From the NCBI GenBank assembly GCA_963822965.1, contig CAWGJT010000005.1:1088001-1152000 (forward strand): a stretch of 64,000 nucleotides of DNA. Direction: 5' to 3'. Position 1 is the first letter of the stretch; each line of letters starts with the position of its first letter. The notes beneath the pieces were generated by a model, which did not search any database, was not told where the DNA came from, and was given only the letters and a program-made list of their open reading frames with translations. Below, piece after piece: positions 52,063 through 61,037 of this stretch. The position numbers were made by a program, and so were the translations under genes. Origin of the DNA: an uncultured delta proteobacterium (GTDB lineage: Bacteria > Myxococcota_A > UBA9160 > UBA4427).

Positions 52063-53248
52063 GCGCGTCGGCGAGGACGGCTGCCTGGCGGTCGAGCTCG
52101 GCCGGCGGCATCGCGGCATAGCACGGGAGCACCACCAGCTTCGCGAGCGCCTCCTTCGCCGTCACGGGCTCGAGCTTGGGTCGGTCGTCCGGCGCGGCGA
52201 TCGCCTGGGACCGCGGCAGGCCGGACGCGTCGAAGCCTTCCGCGCGCAGGGCCGCCGTGACCCGCGCCGGCTCGTCGACGAGGATCGGAAACACCCAGTA
52301 GTCGTGCGTGGGACTCCCGTCGCCGGGCAGGGGCACGAGGCCGACGACCCGGTCGCGCAGGCTCCTCCCCCAGGCGCGGCGCCGGACGATGGAAGCTTCG
52401 TCGAAGCGCCGGATGCGCCGCTCGAGCAGGGCGAGCTGCGGGGCGTTCGGTCGCCAACGGAGCTTGCCGGCGCTGCCGAGACGCGCGACGCCCCGGACGG
52501 CGTCCGCCACCGGATCCTCGTAGTCCCGGTCCAGGAGACGGAACACACCCGCCACGGCGCCGAACACCCAGGGCCAGGTGAGCGTCTTCAGCAGGGCGAA
52601 CTTCGCCAGGCGCGCGAAGAGCGAACGCCGGGTCTGGACGGGGTGCCCGGCCTGGACGTCGCGCATGCACGCCAGCAGGCCGGCGTCGCGCACCCGCACC
52701 AGGGCGCCTCCCAGCGCCGTCGCCGTCTTGAGGGGACCGAAGCTGAAGAGCGTGACGTCGGAGTCGGGATGACCCCGGAATCCGCCTCCGCAGAAGGCCT
52801 GCGCGCAGTCCTCGATCACCAGCAATCCGTGGCGCCGGGCGATCTCGACGATCGGCTCCAGGTCGACCCGGGTGCCGAAGAGATGGGCGACGACGACCGC
52901 CCGCGTGCGCGGCGTGATTGCGCGCTCCAGGAGGCCTGGCCGCGGCCCCATGGTGGCGAGCTCGAGATCGACCGGAACGGGAACCAGCCCGTGACGAACG
53001 GCGATCTTGACCATGCCCTTCACGTTCAAGGCCGAGAAGAGGATCTCGTCTCCCCGTGGCCAGGCCAGCGCTTCCAGCAGCAGATCGAAGCCGCTCCGCA
53101 CCGAATGGCACGCCAGGGCGTCTCCCGCCTCGGACCAGAGGGCTTCGAGACGACCCTGCGCGGCCTCCCGGTCCGCCGGCAGCGCGCAGCGGAGGGCCGC
53201 GAAGGCCAGGTCGTCGAAGCCCACGTCGAGTCGTACCCGGGACCACAT
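51998..53248 (-). CDS. DegT/DnrJ/EryC1/StrS-like PLP-dependent aminotransferase
   Basis: VVVAHLFG, VIEDCAQA, FSFGPLKT..ALGG; 3' end overlaps the dioxygenase gene by 65 bp. Confidence 0.85.
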   Translation of the reverse strand: MWSRVRLDVGFDDLAFAALRCALPADREAAQGRLEALWSEAGDALACHSVRSGFDLLLEALAWPRGDEILFSALNVKGMVKIAVRHGLVPVPVDLELATMGPRPGLLERAITPRTRAVVVAHLFGTRVDLEPIVEIARRHGLLVIEDCAQAFCGGGFRGHPDSDVTLFSFGPLKTATALGGALVRVRDAGLLACMRDVQAGHPVQTRRSLFARLAKFALLKTLTWPWVFGAVAGVFRLLDRDYEDPVADAVRGVARLGSAGKLRWRPNAPQLALLERRIRRFDEASIVRRRAWGRSLRDRVVGLVPLPGDGSPTHDYWVFPILVDEPARVTAALRAEGFDASGLPRSQAIAAPDDRPKLEPVTAKEALAKLVVLPCYAAMPPAELDRQAAVLADALSAGTPPSRRRGSRDRRARTS

Positions 53249-53250
53249 CG

Positions 53251-54069
53251 TCAGCACCTCGGCTTGCGCAGCACGAAGCGCAGGTACACCCGTTCGCGGC
53301 TCTCGAAGTCTCGGAACTCGGCGTCGCCTTCTCCGCGCACGGCCGCGAAGCGCTCGAACGACGTGCGCAGGAAGCGCGGCGCGTGCCGAGCGATGAGCTC
53401 GCGCTTGCGATCGCTCTCGAGCTCCATCGAGCGCAGGACGCCGTCGGTGACGTCCTCCTCCTCGAGCAGCTCGAGGCCGCTGGCCTTCAGCCGTCCGTAG
53501 AGGCCCGGCACCTTCTTCCGCTTGCGGTAGTCCGCGAAGAGGAAGGTTCCACCCGGGCGCAGCACCCGGCGGACCTCGGCGAAGAAGCGCTCCACATGCT
53601 CGTAGAGGAGCGACGACTCGACGTTCAGCACGACGTCGAAGCTGGCGTCGTCGAAGGGCAGGGCCTCGGCGTCGCCGACCTCGAAGGAGAGCCCAGGCAC
53701 TTCGTACTCGCGGCGGCAGAAGCGGATGGCGCTGGCGGTGAGGTCGACCCCCACCAGGCAACGCGGTCGCAGGACGCGCGCGAGGTGGTCCGCGCCGCCG
53801 CCCCGGCCGCATCCGACCTCGAGCACGTCGAGCCGGCTCCAGTCGGCCGCTCCGGCGACGTGCCGGTAGAGCTGGATCGGGTAGCGATTGGGCTCGTCCC
53901 GCCCGTCGAGCGGCAGGGGCTCGGCCTGGCCTCCGGGCGCGAAGCCGTGGTTCAGGAAGAGGAGGTCGCTTCCCGTGTCGTAGCGAGACAGATGCTCGAA
54001 CCACTGCCGCTTCAGCCACCATCGCGGCCGACTGGGCAGCTTCTTCCAGAGCGTCTGGACCGTCGGCAC
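53251..54069 (-). CDS. Class I SAM methyltransferase (phthiotriol/fatty-acid O-methyltransferase-like)
   Basis: FLNHGF, NRYPIQLYRH, LEVGCGRGGG, GDAEALPF, NVESS. Confidence 0.85.
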   Translation of the reverse strand: MPTVQTLWKKLPSRPRWWLKRQWFEHLSRYDTGSDLLFLNHGFAPGGQAEPLPLDGRDEPNRYPIQLYRHVAGAADWSRLDVLEVGCGRGGGADHLARVLRPRCLVGVDLTASAIRFCRREYEVPGLSFEVGDAEALPFDDASFDVVLNVESSLLYEHVERFFAEVRRVLRPGGTFLFADYRKRKKVPGLYGRLKASGLELLEEEDVTDGVLRSMELESDRKRELIARHAPRFLRTSFERFAAVRGEGDAEFRDFESRERVYLRFVLRKPRC

Positions 54070-54226
54070 GCGTCCTCCCGTCCGACCCAATGTCTACCAC
54101 ACCGACTCGGGTCTCCGGCCGGTTGGCTCTTCCGCGTGTCCCGGAAGGATTTCGGGGCCCGCGGCGCGCAACTTTTCGCCTGCCGAACGGTTCAGCTCTG
54201 ATACAACCGACCGGTGAGGTGTCGAA

Positions 54227-57200
54227 ATGGACGAGCGGTGCGCACGACGACCCGGAATCCGGGGCCGATCCGAGCGGCTGGCCCGGGCGCGGGCCGATGG
54301 GCGGGGATCGATCCTGCCCGGCTTTCTTCCTGGCTTTCTTGGCGGCCTTCTTCGCCGCCTCCTTCCCGGCCTTCTTCGCCGCCTCCTTCGCCGCCTCCTT
54401 CGCCGCCCCCTTCGCCGCCTTCTTCGCCGCCCCCTTCGCCGCCTCCTTCGCCGCCTCCTTCGCCGCCCCCTTCCCGGCCTTGCTCCGGCCCTCGTTCTCG
54501 CCCTGGCTTCGGCTGCGGCAGGGGCGCCGTCGTTCCTCGCGTTCGAGAGCGGACCCGTGCGGCCGATGGCGCTGTCGCCGGACGGGACGACGCTCTACGC
54601 CGTCAACACACCGGACGGCTATCTCGAGGTCTTCACGGTCGGCGCCGAAGGCCTCACGTTCTCGCGCTCGATCCCGGTCGGGCTGGAGCCCGTCGCCGTG
54701 GCGGTCCGCTCCGCCAGCGAGGTCTGGGTGGTGAATCACCTGTCCGACAGCGTGAGCATCGTGGACCCCGCCGCCGGGATCGTGACGCGAACGCTGCTCG
54801 TCGGCGACGAGCCCCGCGACATCGTCTTCGCCGGGCCCACGGACTCGCGGGCGTTCATCACCACGGCCCACCGCGGCCAGCACCGAACGGATCCTTCCAT
54901 CGCGTCGGTGCCCGGCGCCGGCGACCCCCAGCTCACCACCGAGGGGATCGGCCGCGCCGACGTGTGGGTCTTCGACGCGGGCAATCTCGGCACGACGGTC
55001 GGCGGCACTCCGATCCGCATCGTGACCGTGTTCGGCGACACCCCCCGGGCCCTGGCCCGCTCGACTGACGGCTCCAGCGTCTACGTCGCCATCCACCACT
55101 CGGGCAACCGCACCGCTGCGGTCAACGGGGGCTTCGTGTGCGACGGCTTCAGCCAGACGACGTCCTGTCTGATCGGCGGCGTCGTCACCGCTCCCGGCGG
55201 CGTGCCCGGCCCGAGCCAGAACGTCGAGGGCTTCCCGGCGCCCGAGGTCGGTCTCATCGCGAAGCAGGACGCGAGCGGGGTCTGGCGCGACGTCCTCGGG
55301 CGCAATTGGAGCACCTTCGTGCGCTTCGACCTGCCCGATCTCGACGTCTTCGAGATCGACGCGGCCACGCTCTCGCAGACCGCGTCCCACGCGGGAGTCG
55401 GCACCACGCTCTTCAACATGGCGGTGAATCCCGTGAGCGGACGGCTCTACGTCTCGAACACCGACTCGCAGAACCTCACGCAGTTCGAGGGTCCCGGGGT
55501 GACCGGCGGATCGACGGTCCAGGGCCACCTCGCCGAGGCGCGGATCACGGTGATCGACGGAGCGACGGTCTCCCCGCGCCACCTGAACAAGCACCTCGAC
55601 TACGGCGTCCTGGCGGGCGACCCGTCCTTCGACCCGACCGCAAAGCAGCACAGCCTGGCGACGCCCCTCGAGATGGCGGTAAGCACCGATGGCGCGACGC
55701 TGTACGTCGCCGCGTTCGGCTCGAGCCGGGTCGGCGTGTTTCCCACAGCCGCCCTCGAAGCGGATTCCTTCGATCCGACGGCCCTCAGCGCCGGCTACAT
55801 CGACGTGAGCGGTGGCGGACCTGCGGGCCTCGTGCTCGACGAGGGGAACGACCGGCTCTTCGTCTACACCCGCTTCGACAACGGAATCTCGATGGTCGAT
55901 CTCGGCACCGGCCTCGAGAGCGCCCACTGGAACTTCCCGGACCAGGAGCCCTTCGAGATCGTCGACGGCCGCCCCTTCCTCTACGACGCGCAGACCGCGT
56001 CGGGCAACGGGGAAGCGTCCTGCGCCTCGTGCCACATCTTCGGCGATCTCGATCATCTCGGCTGGGATCTCGGCAACCCCGACGACGTGCTCAAGTCCAA
56101 CCCGATGGTGATCGCCTTCGCACCGAGCCCGGCGCCGCCCGGATTGAACGGGGTCGGCCAGACCGACGTCTTCCACCCGATGAAGGGCCCGATGACGACG
56201 CAGACCCTGCGCGGGCTGCAGCACGGCGGCGCGATGCACTGGCGGGGCGACCGATCGAACGGCTTCTTCGGCATGGATCCCGACGACGAGGACCAGGCCT
56301 TCCGGAACTTCATCGTCGCCTTCGAGGGGCTGCTCGGTCGCGACACGCCGTTCCCCGAGGCCGACATGCAGCGCTTCGCGGACTTCGCGCTCAGGCTGGT
56401 GCTGCCACCCAACCCGATCCGGCCGCTCGACGACCAGCTTCCCCCGGACGCGGCGGCGGGCCGCGACTTCTTCTTCGCCAACGCGGTCGACGGCGCCCGC
56501 ACCTGCGAGAACTGTCACCGCATCGACGCGAGTCAGGGCTTCTTCGGAGGCGGCACCTTCTCGACCTTCGAGGGCAGCTCCCAGGTCTTCAAGGTGCCCC
56601 ACCTGCGGAACCTTTACACCAAGGTGGGCATGTTCGGATTGCTGATCGGAGCGGGCGGCGGCTTCCAGAAAACGGGAGACCAGATTCGCGGCTTCGGGTT
56701 CTCGCACGACGGATCCGTCGACACGCTGTTCCGCTTCGTGAGCGGCGCGGTCTTCGACTTCCCGAACGACACGGAACGGCGAAACAGCGAGGCCTTCCTG
56801 CTGCAGATGGACAACGACCTCGCGCCGATCGTCGGCCAGCAGGTGACGCTCGACGCGACCAACGCCGCCGTGGCCAACCCGCGCATCGACCTGCTGGCCG
56901 CGCGCGCTTCGGCGCCCTTCTCGTCGCTGCTCCTGGACGGAGCGACGACCGAGTGCGAGCTGGTGGTGAAGGGGCGCGTCGCGGGCGACTCCCACGGATG
57001 GCTGCGGCTGCCGAACGGTCTCTTCCAGGAGGACGACGACCCGGTCCAGGCCGCGCTGCTCTCCGATGCGACGCTTCGCGGGCTGGCGCAGACCGAGGGC
57101 CCGCTCACCTATACGTGCGTGGCCCCGGGCTCCGGCCTGCGGGTGGGCATCGACCGCGACCTGGACGGCCAGCTCGACGGGCTCGACAACTGCCCCGGCC

Positions 57201-57391
57201 ACGTGAACCCGGGCCAGGTCGACGCGGACGGCGACGGGCTGGGCGATCCGTGCGATCCGACTCCCGTGCCCGAGCCGGGCCTCGTCGCCGGCCTGCTGGC
57301 GGGCGTGGCCCTGCTCTCGCAGCTCGATCGGCGGGAACGCAGGCGCCGCTCGCGCGCGCGAGGCGATGCGGGCCGGGACGGCGCGAGCTGA
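54227..57391 (+). CDS. Secreted YVTN/YncE beta-propeller + diheme cytochrome c domain + TSP3 repeat + PEP-CTERM protein; start uncertain
   Basis: Propeller blades (LSPDG..LYAVN, IPVGLEP); CASCH and CENCH; FKVPHLRN; DNCP..VNPGQVDADGDGLGDPCD; VPEP-TM-RRERRRR. Confidence 0.85.
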   Translation: MDERCARRPGIRGRSERLARARADGRGSILPGFLPGFLGGLLRRLLPGLLRRLLRRLLRRPLRRLLRRPLRRLLRRLLRRPLPGLAPALVLALASAAAGAPSFLAFESGPVRPMALSPDGTTLYAVNTPDGYLEVFTVGAEGLTFSRSIPVGLEPVAVAVRSASEVWVVNHLSDSVSIVDPAAGIVTRTLLVGDEPRDIVFAGPTDSRAFITTAHRGQHRTDPSIASVPGAGDPQLTTEGIGRADVWVFDAGNLGTTVGGTPIRIVTVFGDTPRALARSTDGSSVYVAIHHSGNRTAAVNGGFVCDGFSQTTSCLIGGVVTAPGGVPGPSQNVEGFPAPEVGLIAKQDASGVWRDVLGRNWSTFVRFDLPDLDVFEIDAATLSQTASHAGVGTTLFNMAVNPVSGRLYVSNTDSQNLTQFEGPGVTGGSTVQGHLAEARITVIDGATVSPRHLNKHLDYGVLAGDPSFDPTAKQHSLATPLEMAVSTDGATLYVAAFGSSRVGVFPTAALEADSFDPTALSAGYIDVSGGGPAGLVLDEGNDRLFVYTRFDNGISMVDLGTGLESAHWNFPDQEPFEIVDGRPFLYDAQTASGNGEASCASCHIFGDLDHLGWDLGNPDDVLKSNPMVIAFAPSPAPPGLNGVGQTDVFHPMKGPMTTQTLRGLQHGGAMHWRGDRSNGFFGMDPDDEDQAFRNFIVAFEGLLGRDTPFPEADMQRFADFALRLVLPPNPIRPLDDQLPPDAAAGRDFFFANAVDGARTCENCHRIDASQGFFGGGTFSTFEGSSQVFKVPHLRNLYTKVGMFGLLIGAGGGFQKTGDQIRGFGFSHDGSVDTLFRFVSGAVFDFPNDTERRNSEAFLLQMDNDLAPIVGQQVTLDATNAAVANPRIDLLAARASAPFSSLLLDGATTECELVVKGRVAGDSHGWLRLPNGLFQEDDDPVQAALLSDATLRGLAQTEGPLTYTCVAPGSGLRVGIDRDLDGQLDGLDNCPGHVNPGQVDADGDGLGDPCDPTPVPEPGLVAGLLAGVALLSQLDRRERRRRSRARGDAGRDGAS
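54311..54478. repeat. 12-bp minisatellite, 14 units (11 of CYYCTTCSCSGC plus 3 diverged)
   Basis: Direct reading of CTTCTTCGCCGC/CTCCTTCGCCGC/CCCCTTCGCCGC units. Confidence 0.95.
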
Positions 57392-57461
57392 TCGGCAGGC
57401 GACGGCGCCCGGGATCTCACCCGGGGGCCGCGACCACGGCCGAACGCCTAAGGGCTCGCGG

Positions 57462-58097
57462 CTACTTCGCGGGGGCGGCGCCCGGGGGCGGACCGCCGGG
57501 AGCGGTGCCGCCGTGACCCATCATGCCGCCCTTGCCCATGCCCATGTGGCCCATGTGGCCGTCGGCCCGCGCGGCCTGTCGCTCTTCGGGGCTCAGTATG
57601 CCGTCCTTGTCCGTGTCGTACTTCTCGAGCATGGCGGCGTGGCGCTTGGCGCGATCCGCTCCGGCAGCCTGCATCTCTTCGGGGCTCACCGTGCCGTCCC
57701 CGTTCGCGTCCATCCGCATCTTCCGGTGGTCGGCCCGGATGGCCTCACGCTCCTTGGGTGAGATCTGGCCGTCGCCGTCCTTGTCGTACTTGTCGAGCAC
57801 GGCCTGCTTCTCGGCGTCGGCGGTCTTCCGCTCCTCCGGGCTGAGCTTGCCGTCACCGTCTTTGTCGAAGCGCCGGACGAGCATCTGGTCACGGAAGGCC
57901 TCGCGCTCGGCCGCGGAGACCTGGCCGTCACCGTTCGTGTCCATTCGCTCGACCAGGAGAGGCTTCCTGGGCTTCTGCTGTCCGGCCTTGCCCTGGGGCG
58001 CCGGGGCCCCCTGGGCATGCGCGGCGCCGGCGATCAGGCCAAAGGCCAGGATGGGCAGGGCACTCAGGATCCCTACGGACTTCCAGGAGGTCGACAT
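57462..58097 (-). CDS. Secreted multi-EF-hand calcium-binding protein
   Basis: Signal ending AHA; five DxDGDGxxSxxE-type loops; GAAGGAG RBS. Confidence 0.9.
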   Translation of the reverse strand: MSTSWKSVGILSALPILAFGLIAGAAHAQGAPAPQGKAGQQKPRKPLLVERMDTNGDGQVSAAEREAFRDQMLVRRFDKDGDGKLSPEERKTADAEKQAVLDKYDKDGDGQISPKEREAIRADHRKMRMDANGDGTVSPEEMQAAGADRAKRHAAMLEKYDTDKDGILSPEERQAARADGHMGHMGMGKGGMMGHGGTAPGGPPPGAAPAK

Positions 58098-58224
58098 GGA
58101 ATTCTCCTTCTCCCTCGTCTCTCTTCCGTTTCCGCGTGTCTCGATCTCGAGCGTCGCCAGCGGGCGCCGACGGGTCGCTTCCGGACTCTACCCGAGGGAC
58201 CGATTTCGGCCTCCGGAATCGCGC

Positions 58225-58254
58225 TATCGAACCCTGTGCCGGCGAAAAGGTTCC
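58225..58254 (-). promoter_or_regulatory. Possible ECF-sigma promoter upstream of EF-hand gene
   Basis: Minus strand GGAACC-N16-GTTCGATA. Confidence 0.3.
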
Positions 58255-58324
58255 GGGGGCGGGCTCGGCGCCCCGGCTCCCCTCGGGCATCGCCTAGGAC
58301 GGTCCCGCCGTCTACCCTCCGGGC

Positions 58325-58993
58325 ATGCCTGCCACCCTCGACCTGTCTCCCGACGAGCTGCTGACCACCACCCGGGCCGTCCGACGACGACTCGACTTCG
58401 ACCGCCCCGTCCCCCTTTCCCTGGTGGAGGAGTGCATCCAGATCGCCCTGCAGGCCCCCAGCGGCTCGAACGCCCGGGGCTGGCACTTCGTGGTCGTGGG
58501 CGATCCGGACAAGCGCGCGCGCATCGGGGAGCTGTACCGCCAGGCCTTCGACGCCTATCGGTCGATGCCCTTCTCGGCTCACGCCCTGGCCGAGCAGGCC
58601 CAGGGCGACGACGCCGCGGTCATGACCGGTGTCGTGAGCTCGGCCGAGGCCCTGGCCAACGACATGCACCGCGCGCCGTTCCTGGTGATCCCGTGCCTCC
58701 AGGGCCGGCTGCCCGCCATGGAGGGGCCCATGGGACACCTGGCCGTGGCGAGCCAGTACGGCTCGATCCTGCCCGCCTTCTGGAGCTTCATGCTGGCGGC
58801 GCGCGCCCGCGGGCTCGGAACGTCCTGGACCACCCTGCACCTGCTTCACGAGAAGGAGGTCGCCGAGCTTCTGGGCATCCCCGACGACGTGATGCAGACG
58901 GCCCTCTCCCCGGTCGCGTTCACCAAGGGCACCGACTTCAAGCCGGCGCGCGGACGCGATCTCGAAGGGGCGCTGCACGTCGACGCCTGGTAG
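58325..58993 (+). CDS. Nitroreductase family protein
   Basis: LLTTTRAVRRRL, QAPSGSN..GWHF, ARARGLGTSWTT. Confidence 0.92.
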   Translation: MPATLDLSPDELLTTTRAVRRRLDFDRPVPLSLVEECIQIALQAPSGSNARGWHFVVVGDPDKRARIGELYRQAFDAYRSMPFSAHALAEQAQGDDAAVMTGVVSSAEALANDMHRAPFLVIPCLQGRLPAMEGPMGHLAVASQYGSILPAFWSFMLAARARGLGTSWTTLHLLHEKEVAELLGIPDDVMQTALSPVAFTKGTDFKPARGRDLEGALHVDAW

Positions 58994-58997
58994 GCGC

Positions 58998-60749
58998 TCA
59001 CTCGCCCGGCCCCACCGTCATCCGGTCGAGAGAATCGAGAGAGGCCTGAAGCGATCGCCGCACCTCCGGGTCGGCCTCGAACAGGACCGCCCGCTCCAGG
59101 TGCTGCCGGGCGGCATCCACGTCTCCACGGGCCAGCAGGATCCGCGCCTCGGCGGCAAGCAGTCGGGCCGGGCGCCGGGAGTGGTCGTGTGCCCAGTGGA
59201 GCCACCGGGCGGCCTCCTCGGGACGCTGGCGGCTCCAGCTGCGGATCCAGGCGGCGACCCCGTTTCCCGCGCCCACCCGCCGGATGCGCGACGGGAACGC
59301 GTGCACCAGCCGGGCCCGCAACGCATCCGGCTCGGGGATCGTCGCCCGCGTCAGCGACAGCATCACCGAGACGTGCAGTGCCAGGACGACCACGGGTACG
59401 AGTGCGACCGCGCCCCACCCGAGTCGTTGGCGGCGCGTCTCGGGGCCCGCGACGACCGGATTCCCTGCCCCGCGTGGCTGCAGGGCCACGGCCGCCGCCG
59501 TGGCCACGAGCATCAATGGAAACGCGTGGTAGAGCGGACCGTCCACCGCGGAGTAGATCGAGAGCGTCGTCAACGCGATGAAGGCTCCCACGTGGGCTCG
59601 ACTCGCGTCCTGCCCCGATCGCGCTCTCGAACGCTGTAGCGCGGCCGTCCAGATGGCCGCGGCGAGCAGCAGGAATCCCACGGCTCCCGGAAGACCCCAC
59701 GCGAGCGCCGCCTGCAGCAGCACGTCGTGCGGCTGGGTGATGTGCCTGCGCGCGGCGATCGGCTCGAACGCGAAGCCTTCCGGCCCGAGCCCGACCACCG
59801 GATGTGCGACCACCGCGAGCCCGGCGTCCTGCCAGACCACGAGGCGGACCGACCGCCGCTGGGAAAGCTCCCGGCTGGTGCGCGAGGTCATCGACGGGAT
59901 GCCCAGATTGCCCGGATCCCGCTCGCGCGGGAGGAGTGACGAGAGTCCGGCTCCCACGAGCGCGGCGGCCAACGACGCCGCGAGCAGGCTCCGCCAGGGG
60001 CGCACCAGGCGAAGCAGCGCGACACCGCACAGGCTCACCGAAACGGCGACCAGCGCGCCCCGGCTCCCGCTCCAGAAGAGGAGCCCCCAGGCGCCACACG
60101 AGGCGGCGAAGAAGACGACCCATCGCAGACGCGGCGTCGGAGTCACCAGACCGGCCGCCAGCAGACCGAGCCCGTACGCCACGTAGTACCCGAAGTTGCG
60201 GGTGTTCGCGAAGCCCGGGGCGGCGGCCTGCCAGTCCAGCCGAGCCCCGCGCGCGAGACCGAGAGCCGAGGCGAAGAGGAGCATCGCGTAGAGGACCGCA
60301 CCCGCCGCCAGCCCGGCCAGCACGAAGTCGCTGCGCTTCGGATGGCTGCGCAGCTGCGCCCACAGCACGACGCCGAACAGACCGTGGCCCCACCACTCGG
60401 CCTGGCGCAGCAGGCCGGGAGCCGCGTGGGGCGAGAACGCCAGGGCCAGCAGCGAGCCCGCGACCCACAGCGCGAGCCCCGCGCGGACCGGTGCCGACCC
60501 GTCCGAGAGGCGCGGCAGGACGAGCCCGCGATCCGTGAGCGCCAGCAGCACGAAGCCGAGCTCGAGTCCGACGATCAGGACCCGCGAGCCGGCGGTCCCC
60601 GCGAAGGGACCCGGCAGCGCTCGGATCCAGGGAACCGCGGCCAGCAGGAGAAGAAGCGGCGCCCAGCTGGCCTGCCACAGCCAACCGCTTGGCGTTCGCG
60701 CGGGCAGCCGGCCGCGGAGCGCTGCGCCTGCCGTGAGGCGGTCCGCCAT
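58998..60749 (-). CDS. O-antigen ligase (Wzy_C) family membrane protein with C-terminal TPR-like helix
   Basis: Many TMs; GFANTRNF, WSGSRGA, RLVVW, HPVVGLG, QPHD. Confidence 0.82.
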   Translation of the reverse strand: MADRLTAGAALRGRLPARTPSGWLWQASWAPLLLLLAAVPWIRALPGPFAGTAGSRVLIVGLELGFVLLALTDRGLVLPRLSDGSAPVRAGLALWVAGSLLALAFSPHAAPGLLRQAEWWGHGLFGVVLWAQLRSHPKRSDFVLAGLAAGAVLYAMLLFASALGLARGARLDWQAAAPGFANTRNFGYYVAYGLGLLAAGLVTPTPRLRWVVFFAASCGAWGLLFWSGSRGALVAVSVSLCGVALLRLVRPWRSLLAASLAAALVGAGLSSLLPRERDPGNLGIPSMTSRTSRELSQRRSVRLVVWQDAGLAVVAHPVVGLGPEGFAFEPIAARRHITQPHDVLLQAALAWGLPGAVGFLLLAAAIWTAALQRSRARSGQDASRAHVGAFIALTTLSIYSAVDGPLYHAFPLMLVATAAAVALQPRGAGNPVVAGPETRRQRLGWGAVALVPVVVLALHVSVMLSLTRATIPEPDALRARLVHAFPSRIRRVGAGNGVAAWIRSWSRQRPEEAARWLHWAHDHSRRPARLLAAEARILLARGDVDAARQHLERAVLFEADPEVRRSLQASLDSLDRMTVGPGE

Positions 60750-60840
60750 GAGGCCACTATACGCTCCGGCGCTTGGATCGGGCTCGTGTTCCGGCGCGGA
60801 TCGGACGACAAGTCCCGATGCATCCTCGGGGGACCCTCCG

Positions 60841-60915
60841 ATGTCCGGCATCGAGGACGTCGTCCGGCTCGCCGCGGCCACGCGCGAGACGCGCGAGGCG
60901 AACCGCCAGCGCTGA
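60841..60915 (+). CDS. Candidate 24-aa small ORF
   Basis: MSGIEDVVRLAAATRETREANRQR*, every sense codon ends in G/C, GGGGGA upstream. Confidence 0.3.
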   Translation: MSGIEDVVRLAAATRETREANRQR

Positions 60916-61037
60916 GCGACGCACGGCCGGGTCACGGCGCTGGCTGCCGGCGCCTTCCCGGGATACGCTCTCGGCGCGCGCCGCGGTGTCGGTGATACCG
61001 CAAGAAGCGGGCGGCCCTCGAGCCGCCGCGGAGAGTC

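Noticed and set aside
51998..57202. 1734-aa minus-strand ORF with histone-H1-like AAKK repeats
   Set aside because: Mostly the antisense shadow of the well-supported heme protein; only 51998-53248 is a recognisable gene
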